From the IMG/VR virus record IMGVR_UViG_3300037851_001503, positions 1 through 43,757 of that record: a stretch of DNA of 43,757 bases, one strand, 5' to 3'. Positions 25,256 through 33,167 of the stretch are shown here, piece by piece. Numbering within the stretch: position 1 is the stretch's first letter; each line of letters starts with the position of its first letter. The notes beneath the pieces are model-generated. The model had not been told where the DNA came from. It saw only the letters and a program-made list of their open reading frames with translations, and did not search any database. A program made the translations under genes and the position numbers. This DNA is from a virus (taxonomy: Duplodnaviria > Caudoviricetes).

Positions 25256-28051
25256 ATGGCCTGGCTGCGCACTCGCGTCGCATCGGCCGCAAGCCCCGGG
25301 AGTGACGGTTCTTCCAGCGGCTCCGGGGCCGCCGGTGGTGTCGGCGCCAGCTTCTGGCTGACGGTTGCCGCAGCGATCGGGCTCGGGGCCACGATGGCCG
25401 GAGCCGCGATCGTCTCCTCGGGCCAGGGCTCAGCAGGCGGACAGGCGACCGCGGACGCGGGCGCCGCGGTCGTCGTCGAGGCGTCGGCGTCGGCCGCAGG
25501 AGGCACGACGGCCGAGAGCCTTGCCGCGACGATCGCGCCCTCCATTGGAGCCACGAGCGGATCCGCGAGCGCAACGGCCGAGGCGTCGTCCTTCGGCGGA
25601 GCGGTCGCGGCAGCCACAGGAGCCGGTGCCGCCGAAGGGCTGACCGGAACCCTCTCCGGGGGCATCGCCAGCGCGGCCGGTGAAGCCGTCGGCGATGCTG
25701 TGGGGGGCGCTGTCGTCCTCACGGCAGGCGCCTCGGCGGGGGCCGCAACCGGGGATGCTGCTGCCGCCTTCCTGTCCGAGAGCGAGGCCTCGACGAGCGG
25801 AGAGGCGACGGCTGCCGCAGATGGGGCCCCCTTCGCCGCGGCCGTGGGCGAGTCCGCTGGCGTGGCCGCGGGGCCGCTGCCGTACGCATCCGCCGCGCAC
25901 TACTGGCCCCTGGACGAAACGGGCGGGACCCGGTACGACGCAAACGCCTCGGCCAATCTGAGCGAGGACAGCGGATCCGTAGGATCTGCGGCCGGCAAGG
26001 TCGGCAACGCCGCAGCTTTCGTGGCGGACGGAGCCAATCTCCGAACAGCCACGCGGGTCCTGACCGCCAGTGACTGGACACTCACGGGCTGGCTCTCCTT
26101 CCCGAGCGGCTGCACCGACCTCTACACGATCCTCGACCACGACTATCCGTTCGTCGCGCTCTCAGTCAACGGCTTCGAGGGTCCGACCTGGCTGCGCGTC
26201 TTCGCAGAGACGAGCCACCCGGAGAACGTCAGCCTCATAGTCAACGCCGACTTCTCCAGTGGCTTCCTCCTGTTCGCCGTGGGCTGGGACGCCAGTGAGC
26301 GGAAGCTCTTCATCAGCATCAACGGGGCCGCGAAGACATGGTCGGGTCCCGCCCTCTACGAGGAGGGTCTCTCCGAGAGCGGTTCCCCGCTCTTCCGGTT
26401 CGGCTACGGGGTCGACGCGTATCGGGTCGACCAGCTGGGGGTCTACGACTCGGTCCTGAGCGACGGCGATCTCGCCGCCCTTTACGGGCAAGCGGCCTGC
26501 GTCTTCGCGGTGGATGGAGACAGCGCTGGGAGTTCGGCTGCGGATGGACCCGCCACCGCTCTCGCTCTTGCGACCGCGGGCTCCGCCGGCGCAGGAACGG
26601 CGGGGGCCACCGCGGGTGCGACCGCCGAGGGCGTCGGCGCTTCCGCAGGGCTCGCCGCAGCTGACGCGCCGAGCACGGCGCTGGTCGTTGGCGAGGCTTC
26701 AGCGGTCGGAGCCGCCGCCGCCGATGCGGCGTCCATCGCAGTCCACGAGGCCGGCGGATCGTCGATCGGGGCGGCAACGGCTGATGCCTCGGCTCTCGCC
26801 TTCGGGCTGGGCACCGCAGGGGCCACCGGGGCAGCAACAGCTGATGGCCACTCGAGCGCCGCGGTCGAAGCCGCCGGATCTGCCGGTGGCATCGCGGCTG
26901 CCGACGCCGTGGCCACCGCGGTTGCCCTCACGACGGGCGACTCCCAGGGCACAACAGTCGCGGACGCCGCCTCGGCCTCGTTGGCCGAGGGCACTGGCGC
27001 TTCGGCTGGTGCGGCGAGCAGCAGCGCCGCAGGTGCGGCGCCGAGCCTGGCGATCGGCGTCTCGGCCGGTGCGGGCGTCGCTGATGCTGTCGCGGCTGGC
27101 ACCTACGAAGCCGCCGGCAGCAGTGACGGGAGCGCGACCGTTGACGCCACGACCACGGCGGTCGCCCTCACGGCAGGCGAGTCCCAGGGTGCCGCGGCTG
27201 TGGCCGGTGTCGCGAGCGGAGTCACCGAAGGAACAGGTGCCGCCGACGGCGCTGCGCTCGTGGCTGCCGGATCCGCAGCTCCCAGCCTCACGACGGGCGA
27301 CGCGTCCGGGGTAGGTACCGCAGACGGGGCTGCAGCTGCGGTCCAGGAAGCCTCCGGTGACAGCACGGGCGCGGCGGTGGTCGACGGGAGTTCCGCCCCG
27401 CTCGCCGCCTGCGCCGCCGAGGCGGTTGGTGCAGCCCTGTCGGTTGCCGAAGCCGCCGCCCCAACTGCGGCTCTCGGATCAGCGGCCGGTGCGGGCGCGG
27501 CCGTCGCGGAAGGCAGCGACGCAGGGACCGGGTCGACCGCGGCAGCGAGCGGGACTGGCGTCGCCCTTGGGCAGAGCGCGAAGATCGCCGGCGTCGTCGG
27601 TACCGCCACGGGCCTCGGCACGGTGGTGGGCGAGAGCGTCCCCGCAGGGCCGCCGCCGCCGGTCGTCCAGCCGAGCGTCGGAGCCTCGTGGCCCATCTCC
27701 TGGATCAGGGAGAAGCTGAAGCGAAAGCAGCCCACGATCATCGAGGCACGGGCCGAAGCGCATGGGACGTCCTCGGCCACCGCAGTCGGCCAGCAAGTCA
27801 GCACCAATTGGGCTGAAGCGAAGGGCAAGGGCAAGAGCTGCACCGCGATCACGGCATCTTGGGCGGTCATGGGCGCCGCGGACGGGATGGTGCGAGGCGC
27901 GGGCTACGCGCAGGGCCGAGGCGTCGGGGTCGAGATGCGCCTCGCCCGACGCCAGGACGTCTTCCTCCTGGCGTCGGAGCTGGGCCAAGACATCGCCCTT
28001 CTCCTGGCAGAGCAGTTCGCAGGCCCGGACGACAACGACAGAGGAGCATGA
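25256..28051 (+). CDS. 931-aa Ala/Gly/Ser/Thr protein with 20-aa repeats and an inserted LamG domain
   Basis: About 30 units with 20-aa period; HYWPLDE...WTLTGW...VDQLGVYDSVLS LamG at 25874-26485. Confidence 0.85.
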   Translation: MAWLRTRVASAASPGSDGSSSGSGAAGGVGASFWLTVAAAIGLGATMAGAAIVSSGQGSAGGQATADAGAAVVVEASASAAGGTTAESLAATIAPSIGATSGSASATAEASSFGGAVAAATGAGAAEGLTGTLSGGIASAAGEAVGDAVGGAVVLTAGASAGAATGDAAAAFLSESEASTSGEATAAADGAPFAAAVGESAGVAAGPLPYASAAHYWPLDETGGTRYDANASANLSEDSGSVGSAAGKVGNAAAFVADGANLRTATRVLTASDWTLTGWLSFPSGCTDLYTILDHDYPFVALSVNGFEGPTWLRVFAETSHPENVSLIVNADFSSGFLLFAVGWDASERKLFISINGAAKTWSGPALYEEGLSESGSPLFRFGYGVDAYRVDQLGVYDSVLSDGDLAALYGQAACVFAVDGDSAGSSAADGPATALALATAGSAGAGTAGATAGATAEGVGASAGLAAADAPSTALVVGEASAVGAAAADAASIAVHEAGGSSIGAATADASALAFGLGTAGATGAATADGHSSAAVEAAGSAGGIAAADAVATAVALTTGDSQGTTVADAASASLAEGTGASAGAASSSAAGAAPSLAIGVSAGAGVADAVAAGTYEAAGSSDGSATVDATTTAVALTAGESQGAAAVAGVASGVTEGTGAADGAALVAAGSAAPSLTTGDASGVGTADGAAAAVQEASGDSTGAAVVDGSSAPLAACAAEAVGAALSVAEAAAPTAALGSAAGAGAAVAEGSDAGTGSTAAASGTGVALGQSAKIAGVVGTATGLGTVVGESVPAGPPPPVVQPSVGASWPISWIREKLKRKQPTIIEARAEAHGTSSATAVGQQVSTNWAEAKGKGKSCTAITASWAVMGAADGMVRGAGYAQGRGVGVEMRLARRQDVFLLASELGQDIALLLAEQFAGPDDNDRGA

Positions 28052-29136
28052 GCATGCGGAAGTGGTACGCGTTCAAGGCGCTGGCCGAGGGCGACACCGT
28101 CGCCGAGATCGACATCCTCGACGTCATCGGCACCTGGGGCGAGGAGATCTGGGGCGATGTCGTCACCGCGAAGTCGTTCCTCGATGAGCTGTCGAACCTG
28201 CCGGAGGCGGTCGGGACGATCCGCGTCCGGGTGAACAGCCCCGGGGGCGACATCTTCGCCGCGGTCGCGATCGCGAACGGCCTGCGCGACCAGAGGGCAT
28301 CGAAGGGCCGCCGGGTCGAGATGCGTGTCGTCGGCCTGGCGGCGAGCGCGGCCTCGGTCATCCTCCAGGGCGGCGACGTGATCGAGGTGGCCGACAACGC
28401 CCTCGTCATGGTCCACAACCCCTGGAGCTTCGCGATCGGAACCGCCGAAGACATACGGAAGGGAGCCGAGGCGCTCGACAAGGTCCGCGACACGATCATC
28501 ACCACGTACCAGTGGCACTCGGAGCTGTCGGCCGAGCAGATCGGCGCGCTCATGGACGCCGAGACCTGGATGGACGCCGACGAGGCGGTGGCGAACGGCT
28601 TCGCGACCGAGAAGGTCGAAGGCCTGCGGGTCGCCGCCTGCCTCGACCCGCGGGGGCTGTCGGCGCTGAAGGTGCCCGAGCGGTTCGTCGAACGGGTCAG
28701 AGCCCTCGTGCGCCCCGAAGCGACGCCGGAGCCGCCGCCGCCGATCCCGGAGGCGTCCCCGGCCGCCGAAGTCATGGCAGCGTGCGCCGCGGCCGGCCTC
28801 GATCTCTCCTTCGCCCAGGATCTCCTCGCCGAGGGCCTGCCCGCCGCCCAGGTGGAGGCCCGAGTGGCGGGCGAGCTGGAGAGCCGGATCCGGGCGGAGA
28901 GTCGGGCCCGGGACATCCGCGCGGCATGCGCGGTGGCGAAGCAGTACGACCTGGCTGCCGGCTACATCACCGGCGGCATGACCGTCGAGCAGGTCAAGGA
29001 CCACCTCACGAAGATCACCGCGAAGCTCGACAAGGCGGAGATCGACGCCGGGCTCGATCCGGATCACGGCACGCGGCGCAGGCCGGTGATCGACGTCATG
29101 GCGGTGTACGCCGAGCGCAACCGTCTGCGCCACTGA
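28048..29136 (+). CDS. ClpP-like head maturation protease with scaffold extension
   Basis: NSPGGD, GLAASAAS, MVHNP, ETWMDADEA. Confidence 0.95.
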   Translation: MSMRKWYAFKALAEGDTVAEIDILDVIGTWGEEIWGDVVTAKSFLDELSNLPEAVGTIRVRVNSPGGDIFAAVAIANGLRDQRASKGRRVEMRVVGLAASAASVILQGGDVIEVADNALVMVHNPWSFAIGTAEDIRKGAEALDKVRDTIITTYQWHSELSAEQIGALMDAETWMDADEAVANGFATEKVEGLRVAACLDPRGLSALKVPERFVERVRALVRPEATPEPPPPIPEASPAAEVMAACAAAGLDLSFAQDLLAEGLPAAQVEARVAGELESRIRAESRARDIRAACAVAKQYDLAAGYITGGMTVEQVKDHLTKITAKLDKAEIDAGLDPDHGTRRRPVIDVMAVYAERNRLRH

Positions 29137-29151
29137 GAAGGAGTAGAGACG

Positions 29152-29523
29152 ATGGCACTGACCGAAGGCAAGAACACGGGCGAGTTCATCCTCGCCGAGG
29201 CGCCCGGGACCATCAGCCGGGACACCGTCACCGTGACGGTCCCGGCCGCGACGACCCTGGCCCCGGGCACCGTCCTGGGCCAGATCTCGTCCTCGGGCAA
29301 GTACGTGCCCTACGACAACGCCGAGTCGGACGGGCGCGAGACCGCGGCCGGCATCCTGTACGGCGAGCTGGTGAACGCCGGCGGTGCCCCGGCCGACAAG
29401 GAGGGCGTGATCGTCGACTTCTGCGCCGAGGTCCGCAGCGCCGACCTCGAGTGGGAGGACGGCGTGGACGAGGATGCGGGGCTCGCGCATCTGGCCGCCC
29501 TCGGCATCAAGGCGCGCAGCTAG
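29152..29523 (+). CDS. Head decoration protein (gpD-like)
   Basis: GTVLG, DG.E.A.GIL, LAALGI; between protease and capsid genes. Confidence 0.9.
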   Translation: MALTEGKNTGEFILAEAPGTISRDTVTVTVPAATTLAPGTVLGQISSSGKYVPYDNAESDGRETAAGILYGELVNAGGAPADKEGVIVDFCAEVRSADLEWEDGVDEDAGLAHLAALGIKARS

Positions 29524-29555
29524 GCCCCGGAAGAAAGGCAGAAGGAGACAAGGCT

Positions 29556-30545
29556 ATGCCGATGCTCGACGTGTTCCGCACCGACGCGTTCAACGTCGCG
29601 TCGCTCACCGACTCGATCCTGAAGGCGCCCTACAAGCCCGGACGGATCGGCGCGCTCGGCCTTTTCCGCGAGCGCGGCATCACCACCACCACCGTCGTCG
29701 TGGAGGAGAAGAACGGACGCCTCTCGCTCATCCCGACGAGCCCCCGCGGCGGCCCCGCCTCCACGATCGGCTCCGAGAAGCGGACGGCGCGGTCCTTCGT
29801 CGTGCCCCACCTGGAGCGGGACTCCACGATCATGGCCGACGAAGTCCAGAACGTCCGCGCCTTCGGCTCGGAGAACACGCAGGAGGCCGTCCAGACCCTC
29901 GTCAACGAGCGCCTGGCCGACCTGCGGTCCATGCACGAGGTCACCCTCGAGCACCTGCGGGCAGGCGCGATCAAGGGGCAGATCCTCGACAGCGACGGCT
30001 CCACGATCCTCTTCAACCTCTTCACCGAGTTCGGCGTCTCCCAGCAGACGGAGGACCTCGACCTCAGCGCCGACGTGCGGAGCCAGATCGTGGCCGTGCA
30101 GCGGCTCATCGAGGGCGAGCTGGGCGCCGAGCCCATCTCCGGCTTCCGGGCCTTCTGCGGCGACACGTTCTTCGACGCCCTCGTGGACTCGGAAGACGTG
30201 AAGGAGAGCCTCAAGTACCAGGAGTCCGCGCTGCTCCGGGGCGACCTGCGGAGCGGCTTCCAGTACGGCGGGGTGACCTGGGAGAACTACCGCGGCAGCG
30301 TCGGCGGCGTGTCGTTCTTCCCCACCGACGAGGCCTACGTCTTCCCGGAGGGCACGGGCATCTTCGCCACCTACTTCGCCCCGGCAGACTACATCGAGAC
30401 GGTCAACACGGTGGGCCTCCCGGTCTACGCGAAGCAGGCGGTCGACGAGCAGTTCCAGCGGTGGGTGCGGATCGCGAGCCAGTCCAACCCCCTCGCTCTG
30501 TGTCTGCGCCCGCGCGGCGTCGTCCAGCTCACGATCGCGACGTAG
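29556..30545 (+). CDS. Major capsid protein (lambda E family)
   Basis: PGRIGALGLF, TLEHLRAGAIKG, FAPADYIETVNT.GLP, QSNPL. Confidence 0.95.
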   Translation: MPMLDVFRTDAFNVASLTDSILKAPYKPGRIGALGLFRERGITTTTVVVEEKNGRLSLIPTSPRGGPASTIGSEKRTARSFVVPHLERDSTIMADEVQNVRAFGSENTQEAVQTLVNERLADLRSMHEVTLEHLRAGAIKGQILDSDGSTILFNLFTEFGVSQQTEDLDLSADVRSQIVAVQRLIEGELGAEPISGFRAFCGDTFFDALVDSEDVKESLKYQESALLRGDLRSGFQYGGVTWENYRGSVGGVSFFPTDEAYVFPEGTGIFATYFAPADYIETVNTVGLPVYAKQAVDEQFQRWVRIASQSNPLALCLRPRGVVQLTIAT

Positions 30546-30557
30546 CAGTTCTCCGCG

Positions 30558-30890
30558 ATGGATCTGCGGCCCACGCTCGGGACGGCGCTGGACGCCTTCG
30601 CGCTTCCGGCCGTCGTGACCCCGCCCAGCGGCGCCCCGGTCGAGACGAGGGCCTTCTGGCTCCCGACCCGGACCGAGGAGTCGGAGGTGGCGGAGTTTCG
30701 GCGGTCGGAGGCGCGGCGGATCCTCGTGCTGCCGGCGAGCGACGTGCCGCAGGTCCCGCGCGGGACGCGGGTCGTCATGGCGGAGTACGAAGGCGGCGAT
30801 CTGCGCGAGTGGAGCACCGATGCCATGCTGCGGTTCGACTCCGATCACCATCGCGTGTGGGTCGTCCCCTACGTGGCGGAGTCGAGCTGA
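30558..30890 (+). CDS. Head-tail joining / head closure protein
   Basis: Size and position after the capsid gene. Confidence 0.6.
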   Translation: MDLRPTLGTALDAFALPAVVTPPSGAPVETRAFWLPTRTEESEVAEFRRSEARRILVLPASDVPQVPRGTRVVMAEYEGGDLREWSTDAMLRFDSDHHRVWVVPYVAESS

Positions 30891-31396
30891 TGCCCCTCCA
30901 GCCCAGCAAGCGCCAGGCAGCGATCTCGGACATCGTGCGCCGCCTCGAGTTCATCACGAAGGCGAAGGGGTACAACACGGATGCCGGGGAGCACATCTTC
31001 GTCGGCGAAGCTCCGACGTTCGGCGAGGCAGACCCGCCCGAGGCCCTGGCCGTCCTCGTCGAGGAGGATTCCCCGAGGATCGAGGGCGGCCTGATCCGGA
31101 CGCGTACGCCGATCGAGATATGGGCGGTTGTCCCGGCCGGCACTTCGGATCCGCTCCTCGCGGTGGAGGCGATCATCTCCGACATCAAGGAGGCGATGGA
31201 GATCGAGGCGGACGGCTCGCTGGATCGCTTCCTCGGGACCGTCACCGACGACGACAGGCCATATGGAACGCTGCCCAAGGGGCTCGAGCGCGGCACGATC
31301 AAGCCCCTGCGCCGGCAGGAGGGGAGCACCTACGTCGGCGCCGCCGTCGAGTACATCGCCCACTTCGAGGAGCGATGGGGCGGGGGTGGGGCGTGA
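30890..31396 (+). CDS. Putative tail terminator
   Basis: RL..I....GYNTDAG motif; TGATG coupling. Confidence 0.6.
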   Translation: MPLQPSKRQAAISDIVRRLEFITKAKGYNTDAGEHIFVGEAPTFGEADPPEALAVLVEEDSPRIEGGLIRTRTPIEIWAVVPAGTSDPLLAVEAIISDIKEAMEIEADGSLDRFLGTVTDDDRPYGTLPKGLERGTIKPLRRQEGSTYVGAAVEYIAHFEERWGGGGA

Positions 31397-31992
31397 GCCG
31401 GTACAGCTTCGACCTCGAGATCGAGCGATTCCGGCAGGATCTCCTCGCGCTCGCCGAGGCGACCCCGATGATCCTCGCGCGGTCCCTGAACCGTGCCGGC
31501 GTGAGCGGGCAGACGGCGCTCGTCCGGGCCGTGGCGGCCGACACAGGCATCGCGCACAAGAACATCAAGCGGGAGATCCAGCTCGACAAGGCGACCCGGT
31601 CGCTGCCGATCGTGGCGATGACGATCCGGGGTCGGCGGATCCCCCTGATCGCCTTCGGTGCCCGCGGCCCGGAGCCGTCCAAGGGTCGCGGGAAGGGCGT
31701 GACGTATCGGCTCCCCGGGGGACGCGGGCGCGTCGGCGAGGCCTTCATCGCCACGATGCAGTCGGGGCACCGCGGAGTCTTCCGGCGGAAGCCAGGCTTC
31801 CAGAGGTCGACGCGACACGGCCCGCCGCCCACCCGGCCGCAGCTGCCGATCATGGAGCTGCGCGGGCCGTCGCTGCCGCACGTCTCGGAGAAGCAGCTCG
31901 CCGTCTTCCAGGCGGCGGCGCAGCAGTCGTTGTTGAAGAACCTCCAGAGCGAGATCTCGTTCGTGAGGGGAAAGGCCAAGGGCGACGAGTAG
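31393..31992 (+). CDS. Tail completion protein (gpZ-like)
   Basis: RSLNR, AFIATMQSGHRGVFRR, LPI.EL.GPS. Confidence 0.85.
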   Translation: MSRYSFDLEIERFRQDLLALAEATPMILARSLNRAGVSGQTALVRAVAADTGIAHKNIKREIQLDKATRSLPIVAMTIRGRRIPLIAFGARGPEPSKGRGKGVTYRLPGGRGRVGEAFIATMQSGHRGVFRRKPGFQRSTRHGPPPTRPQLPIMELRGPSLPHVSEKQLAVFQAAAQQSLLKNLQSEISFVRGKAKGDE

Positions 31993-32016
31993 GGGTCGCC
32001 GAGAAGGAGAGAACAC

Positions 32017-32469
32017 ATGGCGGAGCATGCGACGCAGGCGGTCATCGGCTGGGGCGCCCAGCTCTCGCGGGGCAACGGTGACGGCCCGCCGGAGACCTTC
32101 ACGGCGATCACCGAGCTCACGGCCTTCGAGCCGCCCGACGAGCAGGCCGACGACGTCGAGGTGACGCACTTCGAGTCGCCCGACCGCACGAAGGAGTACG
32201 TCCGCGGCATGATCGACGCGGGCGAGGCGTCCTTCACGGTCAACTACAACCCGGCGGTCTACCCGTCGCACCAGCAGATCGTCGCGGACAAGGCCTCGGG
32301 AGCCATCTCCAACTGGAAGTTCGTCTTCCCGGACGACATGGAGACGGACGTCTTCCCGGCCTACGTGAAGGGCTTCAAGCCGAAGCTGGGCCCGAACGAC
32401 GCCCTCACGGCGGACGTCACGCTGAAGGTCGCCGGCGCGGTGGTGCGGACGCTGCCCGAGATTTCGTAG
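32017..32469 (+). CDS. Tail tube protein
   Basis: DVEVTHFESPDRTKEYVRGMIDAGE; VTLKVAG. Confidence 0.9.
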   Translation: MAEHATQAVIGWGAQLSRGNGDGPPETFTAITELTAFEPPDEQADDVEVTHFESPDRTKEYVRGMIDAGEASFTVNYNPAVYPSHQQIVADKASGAISNWKFVFPDDMETDVFPAYVKGFKPKLGPNDALTADVTLKVAGAVVRTLPEIS

Positions 32470-32484
32470 GCGGGAGGCCCCGAC

Positions 32485-32853
32485 ATGGCCAACCACCTGC
32501 GCGGCGAGGTCGAGATCGCGGCGGGGGACAGGAAGCTCGTCTTCCGCCTCGGCGTGAACGAGATGATCGCCATCCAGAACGACTTCGGCCTGGCGGGCAA
32601 GGACGAGGAGTTCTCCGCGGCGCTCATGAGCCTCCGGGGCTTCGCCCGGCCCCGGATCGTCTTCTACCACGGCCTGCGGGCGCGCCAGCCGGACATCACG
32701 ATCGAGGAGGTGGGCGACATCATGACGGCGATCGGGATGCCCCGGGTGGACCAGGCGATCGTGGAGGCGGTGCGCTGGGCGCTGCCGGACAAGGAGCCGG
32801 GCGACGACGAAGGCGGCGACGCCCGCCCTTTCGGTGGGCCGACGTCTTCCTAG
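32485..32853 (+). CDS. Tail assembly chaperone (G)
   Basis: MANHLRGEVEI motif; position after the tube gene; slippery site near the end. Confidence 0.8.
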   Translation: MANHLRGEVEIAAGDRKLVFRLGVNEMIAIQNDFGLAGKDEEFSAALMSLRGFARPRIVFYHGLRARQPDITIEEVGDIMTAIGMPRVDQAIVEAVRWALPDKEPGDDEGGDARPFGGPTSS

Positions 32854-33167
32854 ACGCGGCCCGGGCGGGTATGACGCCGGATGAGGTCAACGCGGCGACG
32901 CTCCGCGAGATCGCGATCGTCCTGAAAGGCGCGGCCTGGCGCCAGGAGCAGGCGGCACGCCTTTCGCTGCACGGGGCGTGGTACTCGGCCGCGCTCCAGC
33001 GGTCGAAGCGCATGCCGAGTCTCAGCCAGCTCGTCCGGGACGCGACGCCCCGCTCGTCCCGGGCCCGGCAGACGCCTCGGGAGGTGGCCCTGAATATCCA
33101 GTCCTGGGCCGCAGCCGCGGGCTTGAAGATTCACCGTCGTGCTGATCTGGTGAGGACCGATGGCTGA
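32826..33167 (+). CDS. Tail assembly chaperone extension (T), reached by -1 frameshift
   Basis: C CCT TTC at 32826-32832 in the correct phase; -1 frame reads PFRWADVFLDAARAGMTPDEV. Confidence 0.8.
   Translation, partial: PFRWADVFLDAARAGMTPDEVNAATLREIAIVLKGAAWRQEQAARLSLHGAWYSAALQRSKRMPSLSQLVRDATPRSSRARQTPREVALNIQSWAAAAGLKIHRRADLVRTDG

Noticed and set aside
25256-28051. Host PE-PGRS, autotransporter or ice-nucleation gene
   Set aside because: No PE domain, signal peptide or beta-barrel; the period is 20 rather than 8 or 16; it is translationally coupled to phage head genes.
28048-29136. Host clpP gene
   Set aside because: Its position before decoration and capsid genes and its scaffold extension identify a prohead protease.
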